DNA of 64,000 bases, taken from NCBI GenBank assembly GCA_951406725.2, contig OX597820.1, positions 105,090,001 through 105,154,000 on the forward strand, in the 5' to 3' direction. The notes below the pieces were generated by a model, which saw only the letters and a program-made list of their open reading frames with translations, was not told where the DNA came from and searched no databases. The DNA is from Octopus vulgaris. Its lineage: Eukaryota. How positions within the stretch are numbered: the first letter of the stretch is position 1; the number at the start of each line of letters is the position of its first letter. Position numbers and translations under genes: made by a program. This document shows positions 24,446-36,491 of the stretch, in pieces.

Positions 24446-27417
24446 ATCCTCTGTACACTGGGCAACTTCCTTCATATTAAACAGAAAGGTTCATGAAGGA
24501 AAGGGGACAGCTGCAAGAATAGAGTAGGTGGTACTAAAAATAACTTTGAATTAGTTCCTACAGGGTGGCAGACGGTGCATGAGAGAGAGAGGGAGAGAGA
24601 GACTGGGAGTGGTCTCAAGAAAGTAAAATATAGGATAGTATGGTATTTCCTAAATTCAGACATAGATCAGTTGTCAAATTGACTAAAGATAGTTATTTAA
24701 CAGCTATGTAGGTAAACATTAGACTATTGAACAACTACTGGGCTACTGGTATAAGATCAAAAAGAAAAAGAAAAATATGAAAAATAATATATAAAGAAAA
24801 ACAAAATAGGAAAAATTCTTTCTTATATCCAATCAGTTGAACAGACAAAAAACATTTACACACATAACCCAATACATATTATACAAACAACCACAAAATA
24901 AGCATACATCTGCATTTCCAATATCTCTCAGTTTCTCATTCCTTATGTGTGAATGTAGGAGGGGGTACCTCTAGCTTTTTATTTCTGAAGAGTTGCAGGA
25001 AATAAGCATATTTTACTATATCCTGCAGGAAGTATTACATGGGAAGAGAACAAAACTAGTCAAATTAGGCAGAACAAAAAGTTGAACTAAAAACAAAAAA
25101 AAAAAAAAATGAAGAATTTTAACTTTCATTTTACATGAAAAGATAGTTTTTCAGCTGTTCATAATATAAAAAAAAAGTTAATTTACTGAACAAGAAAAGA
25201 TATATATGAAGGAAAGAAAAAACATGAAAAAAATTGGTAGTTTCTATTTAAAACTATAGCCTTACATTTTATCATCATTCCAAGTCCATTGACCATCTAT
25301 TTTTTAATGGCAGAAATTGTGGAATTTTTCAAACAATATTTGCATATATGTTCATCTTATTGTTATTGCTATTTATTTATGTTCTGTGTTTTGGATCTAA
25401 TTGCAATCAAGATAGTGTATCCCATCAGAAATATAGTAACAAAATAACCCTGATGGCCTTTTTTACCATACATTTTGTAGGTAAAAGAATTATTATAAGG
25501 TGTATGTAAATGTAATGAATTGAACAAGATGCAAAGGACTTCTAAATACTCTGGTACAGTTTTGAATCATGTACTCTAATATTAAATTAATTATATCACA
25601 ATTATATAATTATACATTCGTTGGTGTTTATGTTAATGAACCAGCTGTTGAACACAACATATGAACTAAATGTTAACTAAACTTTTCTGCTTTTATACAA
25701 AATATGAAAGGTTGTTTTAGCCAATTATGTATATGCATGCATCCTCTAAACTTGAAGTACATGTTTTAACATATGTAGTCTCCTTATAGCTTTCAAAAAC
25801 ATGTCTTGTTACATAAAGAATAAACCTCTTAATTAATGGTCTTACCATATACATTCAGAACCCAGTTGCAATATATGTACAAACACACACACCTAAAATA
25901 AAATAAAAATGGTGGGAGTGCCATGACCCCTCTCAATTGAGTTTCAGCTACAATTTCCTTCCTGAAATCTAATTATCAAAGAGCAATACATATACACACA
26001 CCTGTTTCAAGTGGGTACGTGTATGTGTGTGTGTGAGTGTGTGTGAATGTGTGTGCGTGCGTGCGTGCATGCACACATGCATATGTCAGTGTAAAACAAT
26101 TTCCTTACACTTGGTTTTTCTTGAATGTCAGCGGCAGTGAAGTGAGACGCAATGTTCAAAAGTGCTAGCTTTACTGAGTCAAACTTCAAGGGGGCTTCAG
26201 CCCTACCACGTGTCAAGTTGTGTTGCCATCTGCTTGGGCAAAACACATTACTTGCTTCAGTACTGAACTACCAACAAACCATAATCACTCCAACTTCTGA
26301 TTTAGATCTCTGTTCCAACAATGAATTTCATGAAACATTCAATCTAGAACAGAGTATCACACATAAGCAATTCAATAACAGTCAAGCAGATTACAAACTG
26401 ACAGGTTAGTAGTTTGTATCCTAACAGGAATGCTGCCCTGCATGTATAGGCAAGATATTTAGCTTTAAAGTAGCCTACTGTATCCTATTGGAATTTTGTA
26501 CAGCAGAGTTATAAAACAATTGATGCACTGAAAATTCACAACTATTTCATTATTTTGCAGTATTGAATAAAACTTATTCTGTGTTTATCACATGAAGATA
26601 GAAGGGCTCTGCTAGGATTGACTTGTGTAAGGATAAAACTTGTGTAAGGACAAAACATTTGGTTGTTCTTCTGCAGTCTAATATGCTTAGAACTCATCAC
26701 AACTAATCATCCACTATTCTCTTTAGGGTATCCAGTTGTAAAACCCATGCCAAAAGAGACAGTGGAGTTTGATGTAGTCCTCTGGCTTGCCAGCTCCTGT
26801 CAAACCATCCAACCCATTGCAGCATAGAAATGGGCGTTAATACTCTCATCATTGCTTTAATGTTCACTTTTTCATGCTTGCATGGATCAGACAGAATTCA
26901 CTGTGGCAGATTTTCTATGGCCAGATTCCTTTCCTGTTGCCAACTCTGTTTCCAAATAAGGTAATGTTTGAATCTAAAAGTAGAAGACACTTGCACAAGA
27001 TTCAGTACAGTAGGAATGAAACCAAAACCACACTACTATGAAGCAAATTTTTTCGCCACATAGCCAGCCATAAGAAAGGCGATGCCACCTTTATCCTTTC
27101 TTCCTTTCTAGTCAGCACCATGACAACCTTACTCTTTCCCTCTCTACTGACAGACAACCTTTTTCTACATATCAACTACTAACCAGTGAGCCATCCTTGT
27201 CACCACTATCACTAGAATTGCTACTGTCTCTGTAACAACCTGTCGGGTAAACGAATAAATGTATGTAAATAACATTTCCTTCTTGGAGTTAATTCTTCAC
27301 TGTTCACTGGTTACTCCAACACGAGAACCTTGAAGTGTTACATCTATATGCTACATTTAGTAGTAAGCTACCTCATATCAAATTGATATGGCACAGCAAA
27401 TCTAGCCTGCTACATAT

Positions 27418-27870
27418 ACATGGCTGCATACCTAAGAGATTTGCTTCCCAAACATGGTTTTGGATCCAGTCACACTACATGACACTCTACACAAGTTCCT
27501 TTTACTATAGCCCCTCAAGTGAACAAAGCTTTGAAAATGGACTTGGTAGATGGAAACTGAAAGAAGCTCATTGTGTGTGTATGTGTGTGTGTGTGTGTGT
27601 GTGTATGTGTGTGTGTGTGTGTGTGTATGTGTGTGTGTCCTAATCTTGACAACACATGGTAGTTGTAAATGAGTGTCACTATCACACAAGCAGTGTAATT
27701 TATTTCCAATATTCTGTATAAACATATATGGCCATAGGGAAATATTACTTTGCTTGGAAACTGGGTGAAGGTTGGCAATTGGAAGGATATCTAGCCACAG
27801 AAAATGTGCCTCATTAAACCCCAACTGACCCATGCAAGCATTGAGAAGTGGATGTTAAAACAATGATGAT
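27418..27870 (+). mobile_element. SINE family A with RTE-type tail
   Basis: Head, central (TG)n and tail 'gacccatgcaagcattgagaagtggatgttaaaacaatgatgat'. Confidence 0.85.
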
Positions 27871-30179
27871 TTTATCTCCAAAACATAATATTCTTAAAAA
27901 AAAATATGACAATGTAGCAACATGGTTAATATTCTGCTTAGTCTGGATATTAAAAGAAATTTTTTCATAACAACAAAGGTTCTCCTTATTCTCAGCACAT
28001 TTTAATCATATTTATCAGAGGAAACTGGAAATGTTATGATGACGCCTTAAACTCTTATTTCCAGAAAAATAGTAAAAAACAGGAAATAATTGAAATTTCA
28101 GATAAGGACTAACAACACCAACAGAAATTTACAAACAATTAGTTCTGTTCTTTAAAATAATTTCAACAATATGTAGTTTTTGTTTTTTGTTTCCTTGTTG
28201 TTTCTTTAAGGGGGAAGGGTCCTTACTGCTTTTTTTTTTTTTTGTCATACTTATTTCTTGTTATTTTGAATTTTTTTTTAATTCAGAAAGGCACAGGCAT
28301 GGCTGTGTGGCTAAGAAGTTTGCTTTCCAACCACATAGTTTTGGGGTGAGTTGATATAGTACCAGATCACCGCCAAAAAAAAGCTATATTCCAGCACTAT
28401 AGGTATTGCATTGTGTGCACAACCAATAAATTAACTACCATTGCATTAGATTGCAACAGCCCAGAGTTCAAGCCCTGCTCTGAGACCAGAGAAACAAGGA
28501 AGAGATTACTCTCTATAAGTCACTAAATGATGTTACCTTGAAACACTGTATATTTCTTCCCAAATCTGTCTCAGTCAAACTCTCAACTTTGACCAGCTTG
28601 AAATATTTTCAAGAGAAAGTTTACGATTCTGGTTGTGAATAAAGAAGACTGTGGGAACAAATTTAGCAATTTTTGGCAAAATATGTACCCTTCTGCCAAG
28701 TTATAACAAAAAGTTAGTGAAATATTTAAAATGTTTACAGTTGGATAGATATAGACAAATATAACAAAATAATTTGACAAAAATGTGAATTTTTAATTAC
28801 TTTCTGAGATTTTACAAAAACAACAAAAATATTATTAAAAAAAATATGTATCTTATATAACAGATCATGAAATCAGATAGGTCACAAATATCTGTTCATT
28901 TGCAAAGCAAGTAATTAACATCATCAACATCCTAGTCACCATCTTTTTAACATACAATTTTCTATGTTTGCAGAGGTTAGACATAATTTGTGGAGGCAGG
29001 TTTTGCAATGAATGATGCTATTTGTCTGACAATGACATTCATTTTTATAACTATCACGCAATGTCAAAACAAGCAAACACACACACACGTGTGTGTGTGT
29101 GTGTGTGTGCAACCAAACTTCCAGGAACTAATTTAACTTTTAGCAGAACAAGAATCTCAAACAAAAACTCCAAAACCCTGAGAACACAAAATGCAATAGG
29201 TTCACAGTCAACAACAACAACACAAACAGGCACATCCAGCATATATCCCATCATCAGTCTCTTAACGGATATCATTACAGGCAGTACCATTCAATGGGGT
29301 TAACAACATCAAAGCACTGCCTAGGAATTAATAGACAAACAGAGACCAAATATTAGCACATGTTCATTATGTCTACACCTGCCTATAGTTACAAAATGCA
29401 AATACAAGCAACAAATATATCTTATTTTCTACTTGTTTCAGTCATTGAGCAGCAGCCCTGCTGGGACACTGCCTTGCAGAGTTTAGTTGAATAAATTGAC
29501 CCCAGAAGTTCTTTTAAAGTCTGGTACTTATTCTATTTGTCTCTGTTGCCAAACCACTAAGTTACAAGGGTGTAAACAAGTTTTGACATAAGACCAGCAA
29601 TTTTTTGAGGGGAAGAGGAAAGTCATTTACATCAACCGCAGGACTTGAGTGGTACTTTATTTTATCAATCCTGAAATTATGAAAGGCAGCAATAATAATT
29701 TCATCCATTGGTCACAAGGGCCCAAGACACCAAGGGCAGTGCAAGGACAAAATATAAAACACCGGATTAACAATTAAGAGAATAAAACTACACACATACA
29801 CACACACACAGATGCACATACATAATACACAAAAATTACTTTCCCTGTTGCACATGTACAAATGAAACTTCATTACCTCTCAGTCACTTCTCATTCAAAC
29901 TCCATTTTCAACATAATTTAACACAGAACACAAGCAAAAAAGGCAAAATTAACAAAAGCAATAATAATAAAATCACAAGAAAATGGTCTTCTTTAAGGGT
30001 TTACTACCTAAGGTAATTCAAAGGAGAGACCCCAAAAGCACAGCATTACAAAATATAATATCAAAGGAGAGACCTCGAAACCACAGCATTACAAAATATA
30101 GTATCCAATGTACTGATTGGCTAGTTGGAAGTGAGCAAGTAACAAACCCATTAGCTTACCTTCATTCTAAATCAATAAT

Positions 30180-30409
30180 TTAACCTTTTAGAATCCAGAT
30201 TACTCAGTCAAATGTGATGCTTAATTAATCACATAGTTTTGAATTAATCATGCATTATCTCATAACTTTCAAATTTCAATTATATGATTGTCTATTTATA
30301 GAATGACATTGGAGGGTTAAGTGTAAGAGGCTAGATCAAGCCAGTTGGAATATAAAGCAGGAAGAATATTTTGGCCAGAGATGATCCAGTTTAAAAGCTG
30401 AAGGGTTAA
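30180..30409. mobile_element. TTAA-flanked MITE family 1 (piggyBac-like ends)
   Basis: TTAA-CCTTTTAG..CTGAAGGG-TTAA, 230 bp; colinear copies at 36264 and 41295. Confidence 0.8.
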
Positions 30410-30814
30410 TACAACAATGAATAAAAAAAAAAAAAAAGAACCTATGCTTGAGTAGCATACTGATGATAAGATGTAGGAACAGAAAAGTAAAAATGGATAA
30501 AAACCTGTAGATTAAAAACAAAACAGAAATAGCATCTAACATCTAATGTTTGTGAAAAATACACTTGTAAACAGTGATTTATTTTTATATTTCTTATTTA
30601 TTTATCCAATGACTCAGCCAGCCCTTGCAAACATATGGCAAAGAAAAACTAAAATAAGGAATGTGTCCTGACATTTCAAATGAACATCATCAGCAAAGGA
30701 AATTACAGGAAAATTATCATTCATGACTTAATTTACAGATTCAATTTTACTGAAGTGTTGGCAGGTATATACATATTATATATAGACACACACACACAAA
30801 CCAATGTGTTTGGG

Positions 30815-30848
<34 letters not shown>

Positions 30849-31599
30849 CATGACAGTATAATTAATGATGAACCATCAAAAACACAAATATGTAAATTAA
30901 GCAACTCATCAGAGTGCTAACCTAATTCAGAACTGCTTTATAAGTAGCTGATAATGCTTTTGATTGAGAAGGAAACTGGGTATGTTTTCTCTGAAGAGTA
31001 ATTTACAAAATGTGAAACAGTCCATCAGGAGACTCCTTCCCACTTTTTTTCCTCATATCAGTCGTATAGAAGGAATGTATTTACATTGATATTTAACCTG
31101 CAGTGATGTTCTGTAATATCAAAATTATATATTATTATTATCATTATAATTACAATAATAATAATTAACAAAACAAGTCAAATCCAGGCAATCACCTCAG
31201 CAGCACTTCATGTAGGAATCTAGCTAGCCTAGGAATTGAATAAAACTGTAAAGGTTAAATCTTTTAATTAACCAAAAGAAGATTGTTTGTACTTCGGTCA
31301 ATCATTAAAAGAGCACATTGTCAATCTAAGGCATGTATATCAAGTAGATATGTTATAATCTTGACAGAGTGAATAACAATAATTTAAATTGAGGTAAAGA
31401 GAGGTCAAATCAATGTTATGTATGTTTTGGTGAAGGAACACATTTCATATAACATGCAATTCATGCAAATAAATTTAGCATTCATTTACTTCAAAAAAAC
31501 AATTTGAATTACAATCAAAATTTTTGGCTTTACTTCCACACACACCAGCTTAATTTAATTCATTCTTAATTGAAAGACACCCGTTGTTAATGTCCTGTT

Positions 31600-31895
31600 A
31601 TTTATATTTGTGTACCATTTCTCCGTTTTTTTCCATCCTTGTTTTCGTATACATTCGCTGCTTTCTTCCAAGGAATCTAGTGCTCCTAGCTTAGTTTTTC
31701 TTTGAGGCTGGCCAGATTGGAGCAATCTCGAGTATAAACAGCCAAAATTGCAAAGATAATCTGGAACTTGACTGAGGAAAGAAAACTCCAAATGACCGTC
31801 CTTGTTTTCTTTGCATCGTCTGTCTGAATGCTTTGTTGTCTCTTTTTTTGCATCACATAATTATCTGGATGTTTTGCATTCTTGTCCCATTTTCG
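31600..31895 (+). repeat. Microsatellite-abutting repeat related to 5110-5235
   Basis: atgttttgcattcttgtcccatttt (31869-31893) matches 5201-5225 at 23/25; both run into (TA/CA/TG)n. Confidence 0.55.
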
Positions 31896-32306
31896 TATAT
31901 ATATGTGTGTGTGTGCATGTGTGTGTGTGTGTGTGTGTAAATGTTTATGAATTTGTTTTACAGAATTCTTGATGTGAAATCGTGTGTTGAACTATTGAAA
32001 CAGATATTGTTATATTTGAGGATGGTCGTATTTTTGCCAATTAAACACATGCATTATAATACTTGGTCTTCAACTTCAGCTTTATAATTATTATCTGTAT
32101 CCTTTGTGTAAGCTCTCTTGTTACACATCCTGTGGCCTCTTTGGCAACTCTGTATCCTATGTATCTCTTCTTGTTCTGTTTAGTCCACTCTGTCCATTCT
32201 GATGTGTGACAAAAGATAAAGGACACCAAACAATAATAATAAAGCCAAAGGGAAAACCCAAAATATAGTGCATTTGTTTAATTGGCCAAAATATGGCTGT
32301 ATATAT

Positions 32307-32598
32307 ATGGCCCAGTGGTTAGGGCAGTGGACTTGTTGTTGTAGGATCACAGTTTCGATTCTCAGACCGGATGTTGTGAGTGTTTATTGAGCGAAAAAAA
32401 CCTAAAGTTCCACGAGGCTCCAGCAGGGGGGGGGGGGCGATCCCTGCTGTACTCTTTCACCACAACTTTCTCTCTGTTGGCCTGCTTGCTTAGCCAGTAG
32501 GGTGGCGTCATTTGAAGGTGAAAACAATGCGAAGCGCATTGTGACCACCGATATGTAGCAACATCTGATAGCCTGGTCGGTCGTGGTGGTCACAGTGA
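32307..32598 (+). mobile_element. tRNA-derived SINE family C
   Basis: A-box TGGCCCAGTGG (32308), B-box GTTTCGATTC (32352), CpG-containing unrelated body; no tRNA acceptor stem. Confidence 0.75.
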
Positions 32599-33566
32599 AA
32601 TACTCACATAAGTATACACGCATACATATATATTATACACACATATACACACACACACACATAAATATAGGTGCATACATGAAGAGAGAGATTATATTTT
32701 AATATCTGCTCCCATATGTGAGCACATCTATAAATGTATGATGTGGAGATGTACTAATGCGAGTTTATTTGTTTGGCCTTCTATACGTTATTATGTATGT
32801 GTTATCATGAACAGATCTAAATGGTTGAAACCTGTATAAAGGAATTATCAGTGACAAGCTAAAAAGATATAGATATTGACTAGTGACAGCTTTTTGGCAG
32901 CTGAACTGGGGATACAGAAATTTAATCTATCTATAAAGCATTTTATACACTGTGTGTGCATGTGAGTGTGTGTTTCCATCATGTGTGACAATATACATAG
33001 TGTATTTGAGTATGTATGTAGGAAGCCTACATAATACAATGGCATAAGTATGGGATGAAGGCTTTATATAGATTTGTTCATCTAAATATATTCAGGTGTA
33101 TCTGTGTGTACAAAGACATAGATGAATGTGTGTGGAGGAAGAGTAATTATGTTCTGTGTCTTTATGAGAGGAAAATGGAATGTCGTGATATAAATGCTTT
33201 TTTCTCAAGGACATTAACCATATAAATGAAAGTGACTCCAACTGGGAACCAAAAACTGAATCGAACCCTAGTTTCAAGAACTCACTTTTGCACACTAGCA
33301 GCTGTCGTAAACACACGGAGGGAGTAACACAAGCAACACGTAGCAACCCACACAAAGTAACAGACAGAATGATACATAAATAAAAACAGTTTCATAGATA
33401 AATAGCGTCACATTGATGTAAACAAGAGATATAAAGTTGGCAAACACACATAAATACACAGGTTAACAGATAAACAGATGTATGCAGAGAACTATAAGGA
33501 CATACATATACACATACATATACAACTTTTAGTGCAAATAAACAAGGGAGATACACACTGATAGAC

Positions 33567-33616
<50 letters not shown>

Positions 33617-34200
33617 TGATGATTTCAAAGTCCGGCACAAGGCCAACAATTTTTGGGGAGGGGGTACGTCAATTTCAACTCAGAACATAAAGTCAGAAGA
33701 AATGTGGTTAAGCATTTTGTCCAGCATAGCAGTGCTTCCACCAACTTACTGCCATAATAATAATAATAATAATAATAATTTCACATTTTGGTAGAAGGCT
33801 TGCAAATTCAGGTAAAGAGGTTAGTCAATTATATTGACCCCAGTGCTCAACTAATACTAATTCTACAGGCTCTGAATGGATCAAAGCTACAATCAACCTT
33901 AGCAGAATTTGAACTCAGCACGTAAAGATCCAGAAAAAATGCTGCTGAGCTTCTTGTTCAATGCACTAGCAATTCTACCAACTCAGTACCTTTAATGGTT
34001 TCTGATTTAGACACAAGGTCAGCAGTTTTGAGGGGAAGGGGAAGCCGGGACAATCAACCCTGGCACTTAACTGGTACTTTATTTTATCAACCACACAGAG
34101 ATAAAGGCAAAGTTGACCTTCTGAAACATAAAGCACAGGAAGAGACACCACATGGTATTTTGTCCAATGTCCTAACCATTCTGCCAGCTTGTCACCCACC
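33567..34200 (-). mobile_element. Tandem cluster of three SINE family B copies with (ATT)n tails
   Basis: Repeated plus-strand 'ggcacaaggcc..aactcagaac..gcattttgtcc..ttctaccaactc' units separated by (aat)n. Confidence 0.8.
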
Positions 34201-36263
34201 TATCTAAATAAATAATATACTGAAACTATGCCTGTGGTGGATTTTGAATTAAAACCTTAAAATCCATCCCTTATTCTCTCATCAGTTCACTTCTACCATT
34301 AATAAAGCTATTATAATTAATAATGACTCATTCCTTTCTTTACACAGCAATTAGATATTTAAATATTAATTCTGTATTCATTAATACTAGTATTAGATTG
34401 GGAATACTTTTCATTAACTAAAAGACTGTGCTAAATGAATAAATAAATAAATAATGTTATGTATTTCAAGATAAATGCTAAAAACAAACAAACAAAAGAA
34501 CTATAATGAAATAAAAGCTAATATAAAAAAAAAGATTGCAGTTAAGTTATGGAAGACATTATGGCAGACCAAAATAGGAGTTTGACATTGTTATTTCTTC
34601 ACAGTTGTCTATTTGTTTGAGAGACTTATGTAAATAATCAGGAATAAACACACACCTACCCTCCACACAGATACACATGTGCATGTACACACACATACGC
34701 GTGCATACACATGTGTGTTTGTGCCCACATACATGTGTGCGCGCACAGAGAAACCATTATGCTGTCTTACTTCCTAAAACTAAGATACACACACGAACTG
34801 TAGTGAAAGTGTATACTTTATACTGCAAACTGTATTAAACATATGTATGCACAGCACCATACTCTTGTACAGACACATAGAAAATCCCTGTACACACAAA
34901 TATACACACACGTTTTTTTTTTAATCTTTATATCGCTTGCTTTGTCTTTTTTGTTGGTTTTGTTTGTTTGTTTTTTTCCTAGTAATACCTACATTCAAAT
35001 ACTTCCTTCTACTCTGATTCTGAAAAACACACACAATTCCAAAACAGGAATTCCACTCTTTATCATAATCACTTGGGAGAAACCAAAAGGCTGAAACAAC
35101 CAGCAGATATTCTTGGCTTTCACCTCATTTATCATCCAAATAAAATTGCAACAGCCTGTTGCCTAGATAGAAGTCAACATTTGCATGGAAGCTTTCCTAA
35201 ATATTAACTTTTAACTGACCTGAACAAGAGATGTTCATCCATTTATTGAAACTACTCTTCTTGCTGATAATCTTTCTTAATAATTGATGGAACAGAGATC
35301 TCCTTTCAAAAATAAATATGGGAAATGTCTGTGAAACATAAAATGCCTGCTGGTTTGCTGTGATAAACTAGAGTGGTATAACACCCTAGATGACAAAAAA
35401 AAAAAGACTGAATTGATAGTCCCTAAGATAATTTTCTAAAAAGAGTAAACTTTAAAGTGGTGATGGAATGATGATGGTGGTGGCCATAGCAATAGTAGTG
35501 ATGACTATTAGATAGTAAAAGAACAGAGATGTCTTTGAGGAGAGGATTTCACTTTTTATTAAAATAGCTGAAATAAGAAAATCAACTTCCAGAAAGGAAG
35601 ATAGAACTGAGTGTCTTGTCCGAGTCATGATGCAATGTTTATTGTGAGATATCAACCTACAAATTAAGCACCAGGAAAGTATTACCTAGATTGTTCTCTT
35701 GAAATATATTGGAATGGAAGTAAACAATAGGTGCAATCTACATTCTGGATATGACATTTCTTGAATCTGGTCTAGAATCACTACATGATAGCATGCCATG
35801 TTTGGTTATGAGAGATTCTAGTTTGCTGCCTATATTGGGTTTGTAGTGTTTTATGGTAAATACAAATATGAATAAATAATAGAAGCAAGTAAAGAGGCCT
35901 CCCTGAATGTCAAACAGATGTGATTTCAGGAATTTATTGAAAGGAATGGAGATTGCAGCTTAGTGTTATGCATTAAAAATTTCGTTGATTTGACTGCAAG
36001 GTCATGTGTTGGACTATTTTTGTGGTTTAAACATCCATATAAATCATATCACTTTGCCTTGTTTCAATCTACCTAAATGAAAACATGTTATATTTATTTA
36101 AAGGTTCAGCAGTTAATTAGTATGAAGGAAACCAAATAATTATAACAAAAGGAAAGTAAAACTATCTGAATCCTCATAATTTGTATGCAAGTATCCAAAA
36201 ATGCTAAAAACAAATAACAAAAAGAATATATCTAAAAAAATTAGTTTTGTTCTAACACAGGAT

Positions 36264-36491
36264 TTAATCCTTTAGCATTCAGATTATTCTGTCAAATGTA
36301 ATGCTTATTTATTCACATTGTTTTGAATTAATCATACACTGTCTCACAGCTTCAAAATCTCAATGGCATGATTATTTATTATGAGAATGATATTGTAGCA
36401 TTAGTGTAAGAAGCTGGATTTGGCCATTTTGAACATAAAACTTGTAGAATATTTTGGCTGGATATGGTCGATTTAAATACTAAAGGGCTAA
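36264..36491. mobile_element. TTAA MITE family 1
   Basis: ttaa-tcctttagcatt..aatactaaaggg-ctaa. Confidence 0.85.

Noticed and set aside
32307-32372. Possible tRNA gene (also 46608, 54063, 24007)
   Set aside because: A and B boxes are present but there is no complete cloverleaf; each continues into a SINE body.
35220-35302. Possible 83-nt minus exon (RSLFHQLLRKIISKKSSFNKWMNISCS) with CAG|GTCAGT donor
   Set aside because: Weak AAG acceptor, phases do not join the neighbouring candidates, and such a match is expected by chance.
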